From: Eledone cirrhosa | Taxonomy: Eukaryota | Assembly: GCA_964016885.1 (NCBI GenBank) | Contig: OZ024763.1 | Location: 21,080,001-21,144,000, forward strand | DNA: 64,000 nt | Reading direction: 5' to 3' | Part shown: in pieces, positions 39,360-52,200 of the stretch | How positions within the stretch are numbered: the stretch's first letter is position 1 | How the letters are laid out: every line of letters starts with the position of its first letter | Notes under the pieces: generated by a model | Databases searched by the model: none | What the model saw: the letters and a program-made list of their open reading frames with translations, nothing else | Told to the model about the DNA's origin: nothing | Position numbers and translations under genes: made by a program

Positions 39360-40012
39360 CTTGGAGTTATGGCCCTTTAGAGTTATGGCCCTCTCTGTTC
39401 TGAGTTCAAATCTCTCCGAGGTTAGCTTTGCCTTTCATCCTTACAGGGGTCGATAAAATAAAGTACCAGTCACGCGCTGGGGTCAATCTAATCGACTTTC
39501 CCTTCCCTCAAAATTGCTGGCCTTGTGTCTAATGTAGAAACAATTATTCTTATATTAGCTTGGGCTGTGGATTGGCAGTGTCGGTAGAGCAACGGACAAC
39601 ATGCTTCGTGGCATAGTTACGGCCCTTTCTGTTCTGAGTTCAAATCCCTCCGAGGTTAGCATTGCCTTTCATCTTCACGGAGTCAATAAAATAAAGTACC
39701 AGTCATGGGCTGGGGTCAATTTAATCGACTTTCCCCACCTCCCAAATTACTGCCTTTGTGCCTAAAGTAGAAACAGTTACTGTTATATTAGCTAGGCCGG
39801 TGATGGTAGAGTGTCGGACAATATGCTTTGTGACATAGAGTTACGACTCTTGCCATTCTGGGTTCAAATCCCGCTGAGGTTAGCTTTGCCTTTCATCCTT
39901 ATAAGGGTCAATTAAATAAAGTACCAGTCACACGCTGGGTCGATTTAATCGACTTTCCTTTTCCCCAAAATGGCTGGCCTTGTGCCTAAAATAGAAACAG
40001 TTATTGCTGTAT
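39360..40012 (+). mobile_element. Three adjacent diverged tRNA-derived SINE copies
   Basis: Repeated gttcaaatc...gcctttcatc...aaataaagtaccag...tagaaaca. Confidence 0.85.
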
Positions 40013-40204
40013 TAGTTAATACCTTAGAAAATGGAATATTGGGATGGTGGGATATAATCAAAGCTTGTTGGTTCAAAGTGTTAAGGCAGTAGGATACAAT
40101 TTGAAAAAGACTCACAGCCGTTATTAGGTCAAGCAAATGATATAGAGGCCATCTTGTTTAGTCTCATAAACCAGGATAACAACTATATTCTAACTAAGAG
40201 AGAA

Positions 40205-40419
40205 AGACGATCGACTTTCGTCAAATCGGACCGAGGGAACAATGTTTTCCGTTGGTCTTTCCAATTGCTAATACTATCTATCGGTCGCAACTCCAGGTAG
40301 AAGGAGCAACGTGAAATAAAGTGTCTTGCTCAAGGACATAACGCATCGCCTGGTCCAGGAATCGAACTCACAACCTTACGATTGTGAATCCAATTCTCTA
40401 ACCACTCAGCCACACGCCT
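40205..40419 (-). mobile_element. tRNA/CORE-like SINE with a third tail type
   Basis: Minus strand: tggctgagtgg, gttcgattcc, ccttgagcaagacactt, tail ...ggtccgatttgacgaaagtcgatcg. Confidence 0.85.
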
Positions 40420-40650
40420 TCATTCTAACTAAACCAGCAAATATATTCCATTCTTTTGCTATCAATGAGAGAATTATCGAAATTGTCACCAATATATATG
40501 TGTGTGTGTGTGCACGTGTGCGTGTATGTTTGTGTATGTATGTATGTATATATATGTGTGTGTATGTATATGTGTGTGTATATATGTATATATATATATG
40601 TGTGTGTTTATATATGTGTATATATATATACATGCACACATATACACATT

Positions 40651-40690
<40 letters not shown>

Positions 40691-41794
40691 TACATATATA
40701 TATATGTGTGTGTGTCTATATATATAATTGAAAACTCCAGTTTCATATTTCTCAATTTTCACATTTATTTATATTTCATTCATTCATTTATTTATTTATT
40801 TATTATTATTATTGTTATTATTTTTATTATTATTATTATTATTATTACAATTATCATTATCATTTTTCCTGCCATTTGATATTAAATATTGATTGTTCTA
40901 TTTGCCGGGATCTAATAGTAGGCCAATGTTATTCTTATTGTCTGGCAGCAGACAACAAACACCTTTCATTCACAATAATGACAACCATTTTGGTTTTTGT
41001 AGTGTGTTTGTATGTTTTTTTTGTCTGTTATGTTTAGGAAATCACTGTACCTAATCGACCATGTGCCTCGGTGCACGTACAATAAGCAAATCTAAAAAAG
41101 CCGTTTTGTTAAATGTAAATCTGTACAAGAATGCTTCCTGACGTGAATGCTTCCATCAATAGAATAAATGGTCATTATACAATAGAATAGTAGTATTAGT
41201 AGTAGTGGTAGTAGTAGTGGTGGTAGTAGTAGTAGTTTAGGAAATCTGTCCCTGCTTTTAGAAAGCAACCAGGGAATACAAAGATACAAAGATTGGTTGG
41301 TCTCTCTCTCTGTAATCAAACATAAAATAATCAACATTTAATGTAGTACTTTTAGGAAAAGTCATGTGGTGTTAATTTATGTCAGCGTTATTCCTATATT
41401 TTCTCTCATGTCCTCAACGATCAATGAATGTTGAAATTTCACAAACAAGATCTATTACCAATAATTATTGACTATATCCAAATTTTTTATTTTATTTGAT
41501 TTTATTTCTGAAAGCATTTAATTTTCCTAATATTGAGTTTTATCACCTTTACCAGATTGGTATATTAATCGAAGATATAGGAATTTAGTACGTACTGTTA
41601 TTATTTGTTTCGCAGCATAGATTTATGGCCCGTTGTGTTCTGAGTTCAAATCTTGTCGAAGTTACATTTGCCATTCATCCTTACGGGGTTGATAATATAA
41701 AGTACCAGTAATACACTGGTATAATTGCTGGCCTTCTGCCAAAAGTAGAAACAATTATTATTGTTGTGTTATTTCGTTTAGCTCAATTCTGTTT

Positions 41795-42036
41795 CTCTAT
41801 TGCTAGGTTCAGGCCTTGAACCTAGGGCAATAGAGGTTTTCATTGTAGAGAGACAACTTGTCTGAGAATGTGTGTTGTTCCTAGTACACTCATCTTCTGT
41901 AGCTCATATTTGCTGATCTTGCAGGGAAGGGCACTAAGGTGCAGGTCTGATGATTGGGGTATTAATCCTAATGTTCCTATTACCCAGGGACATCCTCTTC
42001 ATGTGGTTGATCTCTATCTCCAGGTCTTTGTACTTT
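41795..42036 (-). mobile_element. R4/Dong-like (restriction-like endonuclease LINE) 3' coding fragment
   Basis: Minus-strand translation KYKDLEIEINHM...VIGTLGLIP...ELQKMSVLGTTHILRQVVS resembles REL-LINE C-termini. Next to ATT-rich tracts. Confidence 0.65.
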
Positions 42037-42060
42037 GTTATTATTATTATTATTAGGATT

Positions 42061-42844
42061 GGGCGGTGGATTGGCAGTATCGGTGGAGGGTCGGACGCCA
42101 TGCTTTCCAGCATAGTTACGTCCCTTTACGATCTGAGTTCAAATCCCGCCGAGGTTGACTTTGCCTTTCATCCTTACGGGGTCGATAAAATAAAGTACCA
42201 GTAATGTACTGGATAATTGCTGGCCTTGTGCCTAAAGTAGAAACAATTATTATTATTAGGATTGGCAGTATCGGTAGAGGGTCGGATGCAATGCGTTGAT
42301 GCAATGCGTTGACGCATAGAGTTACGGCCCTTTCCATTCTGAGTTCAAATCCCGCCGAGGTTAACTTTGCCTTTCATCCTTACGGGGTCGATAAAATAAA
42401 GTACCAGTAATGTACTGGATAATTGCTGGCCTTGTGCCTAAAGTAGAAACAATTATTATTATTAGGATTGGCAGTATCGGTAGAGGGTCGGATGCAATGC
42501 GTTGACGCATAGAGTTACGGCCCTTTCCATTCTGAGTTCAAATCCCGCCGAGGTTGACTTTGCCTTTCATCCTTACGGGGTCGATAAAATAAAGTACCAG
42601 TAATGTACTGGATAATTGCTGGCCTTGTGCCTAAAGTAGAAACAATTATTATTATTAGGATTGGCAGTATCGGTAGAGGGTCGGATGCAATGCGTTGACG
42701 CATAGAGTTACGGCCCTTTCCATTCTGAGTTCAAATCCCGCCGAGGTTAACTTTGCCTTTCATCCTTACGGGGTCGATAAAATAAAGTACCAGTAATGTA
42801 CTGGATAATTGCTGGCCTTGTGCCTAAAGTAGAAACAATTATTA
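42061..42844 (+). mobile_element. Four head-to-tail tRNA-derived SINE copies (193-bp period)
   Basis: ggattggcagtatcgg heads at ~42068, 42259, 42465 and 42658; B box gagttcaaatcc; each ends gtagaaacaattatt. Confidence 0.93.
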
Positions 42845-43139
42845 AGGGGTGGATCGGCAGAGGTTAGCCTTGTCTTTCATCCTTTCGGGGTCGACAAAAT
42901 AAAGTACTAGTAACACACTGTGGTCGGTTTAATCAACTTTCCCCCTCCCCCAAATTGCTGGCCTTGTGCCTAAATCAGCCAGCCTTATTATTGTTGTTGT
43001 TATCTCTATTTACTTGATTGCTTTGCCTTAATATCCTCATAATATATTTTGATGACAAACCACCTGTTATGTCCCCTTATATGGATATTAATTTGTTCTT
43101 GGAAGATTATTGATATCATGAGTTCTCTGTAATTATTTT

Positions 43140-43255
43140 TGATTATATATATGCATATATATATATATATGCATATATATATATATGCATATATATATAT
43201 ATGTATATATATATGTATATATATATATATATTTATATATATTTATGTGTGTGTG

Positions 43256-43293
<38 letters not shown>

Positions 43294-43523
43294 TATACAC
43301 ATATATGTATATATATATGTATATATATATGTATATATATATGTTTGTATATATATATGTATATATATATGTATATATATATGTATATATGTATATATAT
43401 ATGTATATATATATATGTATATATGTATATATGTATATATGTATATGTATATATGTATATGTATATGTATGTATATGTATATATATATATGTATATATGT
43501 ATATATATATATATATGTATGTA

Positions 43524-43568
<45 letters not shown>

Positions 43569-43960
43569 GTATATATGTATATATATGTGTATGTATATGT
43601 ATATAAATTTATGTATATATGTGTATGTATATAAATTTATGTATATATGTATATATATGTGTATATATATGTATATATGTATATATATGTGTATGTATAT
43701 GTATATAAATTTATGTATATATGTGTATGTATATAAATTTATGTATATATGTATATATATGTGTATGTATATGTATAAAAATATATATATGTGTATGTAT
43801 ATGTATATTAATTTATGTATATGTATATACATATATATGTATATGTATAAAAATATATATATGGTGTATGTATATGTATATTAATTTATGTATATGTATA
43901 TACATATATATGTATATGTGTGTATATATATATGATATAATATAATAGTATATATATATA
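43140..43960. repeat. (TA)/(TATG) compound microsatellite
   Basis: Seen directly in the sequence. Confidence 0.95.
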
Positions 43961-44694
43961 TTTCACAACTTAAACTCATAGTATGCTGTTAAAGATCAAA
44001 GATGCACTCTTTACAGTTAAAATATGACAAAATGAAATAATCAATACAAGATATTTTATAAGGTAACTTGTTAATAACATTTTAATTTGGAACTGACAAA
44101 AGATTTTCACTCAAAATCTACAAAAAAAAAAAAAATTTAAAATAATAAATAAATAAATATATAAATAAAAAAATAAATAAAAAAAACTACATAAAAAAAA
44201 ATAGAATACTAAAATCAATTTTTAGAAACATCATATTGGGAATTTAAATCAATTTCCTTGTTTGTTTTAAGCTACATGGAATGGTGACATTTCTAATTGA
44301 AAACTTTCACCATTTAAGAGATATTTAAATTATTTGTGAGTTGAAAGCAGGAGAGTTGTATATATATTTATTTGATAACAAAGTTATTTATCATCTTTTT
44401 TCCTTATTTGTTTCTCTTGCTTCCTGTTTTCCTTCTAGTTCTTTCCGTCTATTTCTTTCTTTCTATCTATCTATCTTTCTTTCTTTCCTTCCTTCTTTCT
44501 TTCTTTCGAGTTTTGATTTAGATACAAGACCAACAATTTGTGGGGGTGGATTGGAGGTAGATTGAGAGGTGGAAAGGATAAGTTGATTACATTGACTCTA
44601 GTTTCTCTACCTCTCATTTGTTTTTGTTTTTGTTTCTTAATTATAACTGGGTTTAGGGGGAATTCAAAGTGGTGTGGTGTGGTGTGGTTGGTAC

Positions 44695-44840
44695 ATGTGT
44701 AGGCCGGATAGAAATGAAGCAATGATGTTTTGTTGGATGTGTAATATAAATGTGAGTGAAAGACAGAGCTTGGATGAACTGAGGGAGAAACTGGTTTTAA
44801 AAGGGATCCAAAGTGGTTTACAAGAGAAAAGACATTCTAA
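44695..44840 (+). mobile_element. Degenerate RTE internal fragment
   Basis: Translation RNEAMMFCWMCNINVSERQSLDELREKL is homologous to RNEACMLRWMCNSNIRERQSINELRERL of the intact ORF. Confidence 0.8.
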
Positions 44841-44864
44841 CTACGAACTACATATCTATCTGTA

Positions 44865-45390
44865 TTACTGAAGCTGTAATCAGAAACAACTGTCTCCAAA
44901 TATGTGACCAAACAAGGTTATGGAAGTTATCCAGCCATTTTGCTCTGGGTCTACTACTGTATCTCCTGCTAGTTAACTTTATCTGTAAAATACAGCCTGC
45001 GATTCTTTCTTTTGACATTCCAACCACATATCCATAAGTCAGAAGCATCTGTCTCCAAATGTGGTTAGGAATATTATCCAGCTATCTTACTCAAGGTCTA
45101 CCCTTGGATCTCCTGCTTGCCATGTGGCTTTTTCTGTAAAATCTGTCTTGCAATTCTTTCCTTCGACATTCTAAACCCATGTCTATAGTACCAAAGCTAT
45201 GAGATCATTAGAAACAACTGTTTCCAAATAATAGTGTGACCAAGCGAGGTTATGGAGGTTATCCAGCCATCTTGCTCTCGGTCTACTTCTGGGTCTCCTG
45301 TCGGATAGCCTTGTCTGTAAAATATGCCTTGTGATTCTTTCCTTCAGCATTCTAACCCCATATCTATAGTACCGAAGCTGTGATCTCTTC
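44865..45390 (-). mobile_element. Three tandem degenerate copies (~170-180 bp each) of an RTE-like C-terminal coding fragment
   Basis: Translation YGYVVGMSKERIA...RPRAKWLD resembles WYGHVxRMxxER...GRPRxxWLD. The string ctgtYtccaaat...ttatccagc...ggtctac...tctcctg recurs at ~44890, ~45049 and ~45218. Confidence 0.6.
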
Positions 45391-46404
45391 CATGTGGTGG
45401 TGAAGTAGCAGCTCTACATGGCTTGTCATGTAAATTGATGAGATAAATTAGATAGATGAGTTTAGCCTGTTTCGTGTATTCTATTTATTGACTGTGTGTG
45501 TATGTATGTGTGTGTGTGTGTTCTATATGTGTGTGTGTTTGTTTTTTCTTTGTAACATTTTACTATAATTTTAGTGAATAGGTTTGTAACATCAGAGGGT
45601 AGATTGGATGTCTAGGGCTTAAAATCGAAGCTGTTGTTTGAATCATGCTGTCTAGAATCAGTTTTCTGATGGAAGCTAACATCAACGTTATGTAATTAAT
45701 TCAAAAACTTTTAGATCGATGTTTATATAGCCAACAATACTGCTAACTTGAAAGGCTTTCAAATTCAATATCTTCGCATGAATCACTATTGAAACAGTTT
45801 GTAAAAATCCATACAGAGTAAAATAGAATGAGAAAAATTGCTTGGGTAAAACAGAGTTGGGCAAATTCAAACTTCCTCTTCGTCTACTGAATGTTGAATG
45901 GATGTAAATCACAAATGTATTTATCTTCTCCGAAAGCCTACATAGCATATATATTTTTATTGTTATTATTTTTCATATGCGTTTCATGCCAAAAAAATCA
46001 TGCAAGATTCCAATATACAAGTGTTGTAAGCTTAAGGGATAATTAAGTCTGCCATGGCTTGCATGTTTGCCAATCAGTTGTAAAAACTGATCCACAAATG
46101 GATTGTTTACTGAGCAAAATATCATAAACTATGTTTGGACAGATTTAAAAAATAAAATGTGTGTGTTTGTTTGTTTGTTTGTGTTGTGTGTGTGTGTGTG
46201 CGCAAGTGTGTGTGTGTGTGTGTACATATCATCATCATCATCATCATCGTTTAACGTCCATGTTCCATGCTTGCATGGGTTTGGACGGGAGTTTTCCCAC
46301 TTGAGGCAAGAGTGGTTGTCTTGCTCGCATAGGACTTATTCTCTTTTATATATATATATACACCCATATATATATACCGAAATGTATATTTATTTATATA
46401 TATT

Positions 46405-47936
46405 TCATCATCACCATTATCACCATTTTACGTCCGTTCTTCCACGCTAGCATGGGTTAGACGGGTTGTCCTGTTGTGGGCAGTGTCTGGTCGGCTGACC
46501 ATGCCTTGCTCATACAGGAACTGATTTGGCTTGATTTCTACAGCTGGATGCCCTTCCTAACACCAACCTCATTTACAGTGAGTGCTGGGTGCTTTTTCGT
46601 GGCGCCTACACGTCCACTTTACAGTGTGGGCTGGGTGCTTTTTTGCCGTGGCACTTCCACGACCACCTTGCAGTGGGGAGTGTGGGGGCATATTGTCTAT
46701 ATGCTTCAGTTTGTACCCATGGGAGGTCGAGTACTCTGTATTACTGCGTGATGCCAGAGGTCACGGTCGTGTGTCATCGCCTTTGAGAGGTGTAATTGGG
46801 TAAGGTCAGCTTTTATCACCTCATCCCAGGTCATCTTGGGTCTCTCTACTCCACGGTTTCCATCGACTTCTAGTGCTCTGCACCTTTTTATGCAGCTGTC
46901 ATCCTTCATACGCATCACATGTCCATACCAACGCAACCGCCTCTCCTGCACACAGCATTTGATTCCTTTTATGCTCAGTCTCTCTCTCAATTCATCTATG
47001 CTTTGTCGTTCGCGTATATTACTATTACACATCCATTGGAGCATGCAGGCTTCGTTTCTCTCTAATCTACGTAAGTCTTCCACCTTCAGCGCCCAGGTCT
47101 CACTACCATGCAACATCGCTGTTCGGATACACGCATCATACAGTCTGCCTTTCATTTTGAGGGAGAAGCCTTTTGCAGCTAGCAGTGGTAGTAGTTCCCT
47201 AAACTTCTTCCATCCCGTTCTTACCCTAGTTATTGTACTTTCTGAACACCCACCTCCGCTGCTAATTCGGTCACCTAGGTAGCAGAAGCTGTCTACTGTT
47301 TCTACAAAGCCCTCCCAGAGTTTGGTGGTACTTGTTTCCTGTGGCTGTTTGCTGCTTGCTGTCTCAGCACAGCTGCTGCATGTGAAGCCTACATTCTTAA
47401 TTAAGCTTCCTGAGATCCCGCTACATCTCTTGTGTACCCATTGTTTGCATTTGGGGCAGAGAATGGAGTTCCTACCTACACCTTTCCTACATACTGAGCA
47501 AGGCCATTTCCCTGAGGGGATCTGGGTCTTTGTCATGAGGGGACCTTAGTCTTTGTCATGTTGACTTTGAGACCCTTTCTTTCTAGTCCCTGCTTCCAAG
47601 TTTGGAATTTCTTCTCTAGTTCTACCATAGATTCAGCTATAAGTGCAAGGTCATCAGCATTCAGGAGTTCCCATGGGCATCCGGTCTTAAACTCCGCCGT
47701 TATTGCCTGCAGGACTATGATGTACAGGAGGGGGCTAAGAACAGAGCCCTGGTGGACCCCAACCTGTACGCTAAATTCCTCGCTATACTCATTGCTAATC
47801 CTAACTTTGCTGACTGCTCCCCTATACATGGCTTGTACCACTTTCACAAGCCATTCATCTACTCCTAGTTTTCTAAGAGCCCACCAGATTACAGCACGTG
47901 GAACTCTGTCAAAGGCTTTCTCAAGATCGACAAATG
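46405..47936 (-). mobile_element. 5'-truncated RTE family A copy (RT C-half + full 3' UTR), inactivated
   Basis: ORF pieces 47533-47847 and 46706-47536 are nearly identical to the 1039-aa protein. YADD is changed to NADD, with a frameshift near 47535. 3' UTR and tail match 52712-53017 in reverse complement. Confidence 0.95.
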
Positions 47937-47950
47937 ATAAATATATATAC

Positions 47951-47996
<46 letters not shown>

Positions 47997-48088
47997 TTAT
48001 ATATATATGTATATATATTTATATATGTATGTATATATATTTATATATGTATGTATATATATTTATATATGTATGTATATATACCCAC

Positions 48089-48121
<33 letters not shown>

Positions 48122-48124
48122 CCC

Positions 48125-48230
<106 letters not shown>

Positions 48231-48692
48231 ATATATTTATATATATATAAATATATATATATACCCCCCCCCCTCCTCCGATATAAATAAGTAGCATGAT
48301 TCTACAAATCCTAATACACGTGCGGAATGTTGGAGAAAACTATAATAATCCTTCAAAATCTAACTGCCTACTCTATGATTATGACAAGTGTGTTTTACAT
48401 GCTAGCATTTCAGAGGAGGGGCAGGATGGGGCTACAATGGAGAGGATGGTGGGGATGGGCGAGGGTGGTGGGGCTGAGGTGAGGGTGGGGGAAGGGCTGA
48501 CATGAAAATGATGATGTCTGATGGTGATGATTATTGTTTTAAAATCCACAGCCTAGGACTACAATAAATCTAACTTGGAAAAAGCATCATAGGGTTTGTG
48601 GAAGCTTAAAGGGAATATTTTCATGGAACAGTTGCCAAAGCTGAGGCAATATAAGGCAAAAAAAATGTGTGTGTGTGTTTATATATGTATGT

Positions 48693-48853
48693 ACGAAAAA
48701 CATGGGCGGAGGTGGTGAGAACAGACCTCAGATCATTGAAGCTTACGGTGGAGATGACGAGGGACCGTGACGAGTGGAGAGATGCTGTGCTGAATAAGAC
48801 CCGTCCCACCCTTGCAAGCAGAGAAAAGCGGACGTAAAATGATGATGATGATG
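48693..48853 (+). mobile_element. RTE family B 3' fragment
   Basis: Matches the reverse complement of ~23545-23703 (aaaacatgggcggaggtggtgagaacagacc...ggacgtaaaatgatgat). Confidence 0.9.
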
Positions 48854-48993
48854 TATGTATGTATGTATGTATGTATGTATGTATGTATGTATGTATGTAT
48901 GTATATATATATGTATGTATAAGTATATATGTGTATATGTAGATATATATGTGTGTGTATATGTATATAAATATGTGTATATATATATATGTG

Positions 48994-49028
<35 letters not shown>

Positions 49029-49210
49029 ATGTATATATATCATCATCGCCGTCGTTTAACGTCCATCTTCCACACTAGCATATTTACAAGTATATGTATA
49101 TATGTATGTATATATGTATCATCATGTGTGTGCATGTTTATATATGTATATGTATACACACATATATACATACACAAATATATTTATGTATATATATATA
49201 TATATTAACT

Positions 49211-49245
<35 letters not shown>

Positions 49246-49269
49246 ATATATATATATATTAACTTATTA

Positions 49270-52200
49270 ACTTGGATATTTACCATGCGGTATTCTAATT
49301 CTATTGTATCTCTCTCAGTTATTTACCATGCGACCCTCAGTTCCTACCTCACAAGCTCCCTCCCTCCCACCCCCACACACCACCATAGTCTATTCGACCA
49401 ATCAAACCTAGCATGCCATTTCCACTGCTGCTGCTGCTACTACCTGCCTAACTAACTCTCTCCTCCTCTGGCGCATCCCAACACACCCTGCCATTACCCC
49501 ACCACCACTGTCCTTCTAGCCCTCAATTTTCCCACCGTTAGGGATGGATGAGCTGGGAATACACGAGCAACTCTGAATCAATAGATGAAATATGAATCTG
49601 CGAGCTACCAAGCACCCACGTGAAGCGCCAACCCAGAGACCCTCCCCTACGAGTGTCGACAAATGCCCAAAACTCCGAGTTGGTACCATCAATGTAGGCT
49701 CAATGAAAGGAAGAGCAGGAGAAATCGTAGAAATGCTAGAGCGAAAGGAAGTTGATGTATGCTGTGTGCAAGAGACTAGATGGAGAGGAGGGTCTGCTAG
49801 AGTCCTTGTAGGAAAAAGCCAGTGCTACAAATTTTTCTGGGTGGGAAATGACGATGGGATGGGTGGTGTAGGTATACTATTAGCTGACAAGTGGGTAGAT
49901 AAAGTAATCTCAGTGTACAGGGTAAATGCAAGAATCATTAAACTCAGACTAGTCCTGAATAAGACAATTACCACAATAATATCAGCTTACGCACCCCAAT
50001 CGGGGCTGCCAGACGAACTTAAGGATAGGTTTTACGAGTCCCTAATACACACTACTGCTCTAACAGACGACAAGGACTTCCTAATCATTGCAGGAGATTT
50101 TAACGGACACGTAGGTAAACACTGCGACGGCTTCAATAGAGTACATGGAGGCCATGGAGTTGGCACAAGGAATGAGGAAGGATTCAGACTTCTAGAATTC
50201 TGCGACGCCAATGACATGTCGATATGTAACACAAACTTTAAAAAACCCGACAACCACCTGATCACCTATAGATCAGGGGAGCACTCTAGTCAGTTAGATT
50301 TTATCCTCATCAGAGGACGTGACAGATGGACGGTCGTAAACACAAAAGCCTTCCCTAGTGAGGAATGTACATCCCAACATAGCTTAGTTGTCAGCGACCT
50401 CACGGTCAGAACTAGACGAGCCCTGAAACAGAGGCCAACCTGGAGAAGAAAGATCTGGAAGCTGAAAGTCCCCTCAACCAGTAACAGATTTAAAGATATT
50501 TTACTCAACGCCTACGACAGTAAAGAAGAACAGATAGAGACATTTAACGTAGAAGAGAACTGGGAGTTCCTAAAAAATAACTTACTAGAGGCGACGGATG
50601 AGGTTTGTGGCTGGAGTAAGACCTCAAGCAGGAGGAGAGTGACTTGGTGGTGGAACAATAAGGTAGATGAAGCAGTCAAGGCCAAGAGACAGGCATGGAA
50701 AGAATGGAAGAACGGGGGGAGCAGGGTACATTACATAGAGACCAAGAGGGAAGCTAGGCGACAAGTATACTTAGCTAGGAGGGAAGCAGAGGATAGAAAA
50801 TTCAAGCATGTTTTACAACGTGAGGACCAGAAACAGGAGGTATTCAAGATTGCGAGGCAGTGTGTCAGAGATAGTTGTGATGTCATTGGAGAGAAGTGTA
50901 TCCGGAATGATAAAGGTGAGCTTGCCCTCACAAGTGCTGAGAAGAAAGATGCATGGAAGAGTCATTATGATAGATTACTAAATGAGGAGAATGCATGGGA
51001 AGAAGAGACCCTACCCCACGTAGACCCTATAGAGGGACCAGCAGTACTAGTCAGCGGCAGCGTAGTAAGTAAGGCAATCAGAGATATGAAGATAGGGAAG
51101 GCAACCGGTCCATCGGGTATAGCTGCCGAGATGCTGAAGGCATCTGGGTCTGTAGGTCACACTATAACCACACGTATCGTTAACCAGGTAATACTAGAGG
51201 GGGCCATACCAAAAGATTGGTGCAGTAGCATCATTGTCAACTGCTACAAAGGTAAAGGCGATGCACTAGATAGAGGAAACTATAGAGGTATAAAGTTGAT
51301 GGACCAGGTCATGAAAGTAACAGAAAGAGTTATAGCACAGCTGATTAGGGACCGGGTGAATATAGACGAGATGCAATTTGGGTTTGTTCCAGGGAAAGGC
51401 ACCACTGATGCGCTCTTCCTTGTGAGGCAATTACAGGAAAAGTACCTAGCTAAAAGTAAGCCACTCTACTTGGCATTTGTCGACCTTGAGAAAGCCTTTG
51501 ACAGAGTTCCACGTGCAGTAATCTGGTGGGCTCTTAGAAAACTAGGAGTAGATGAATGGCTTGTGAAAGCGGTACAAGCCATGTATAGGGGAGCAGTCAG
51601 CAAAGTTAGGATTGGCAATGAGTATAGCGAGGAATTTAGCGTACAGGTTGGGGTCCACCAGGGCTCTGTTCTTAGCCCTCTCCTGTTCATCATAGTCCTG
51701 CAGGCAATAACGGAGGAGTTTAAGACCGGATGCCCATGGGAACTCCTGTATGCTGATGACCTCGCACTCATAGCTGAATCTATGGTAGAACTAGAGAATA
51801 AATTCCAAACCTGGAAGCAGGGACTAGAGAGAAAGGGCCTCAAAGTCAACATGACAAAGACTAAGGTCCTTATAAGTAGACGAGAAAACAGAACCCAGAT
51901 CCCCTCAGGGAAATGGCCTTGCTCAGTATGTAGGAAAGGTGTAGGTAGGAACTCCATTCTTTGCCCCAAATGCAAACAATGGGTACACAAGAGATGTAGC
52001 GGGATCTCAGGAAGCTTAATTAAGAATGTAGGATTCACATGCAGCAGCTGTGCTGAAACAGCAAGCAAACAGCCACAGGAAACAAGTACCACCAATCTCT
52101 GGGAGGGCCCTGTAGAAACAGTAGACAGCTTCTGCTACCTAGGTGACCGAATTAGCAACGGAGGTGGGTGCTCAGAAAGTACAATAACTAGGGTAAGAAC

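Noticed and set aside
45688-45948. 86-aa ORF in unique sequence
   Set aside because: No recognisable motif or convincing splice context.
49270-49591. HDV-like ribozyme in the RTE 5' leader
   Set aside because: Known from some RTE elements, but I could not identify the nested double pseudoknot by eye; a descriptor or covariance search is needed.
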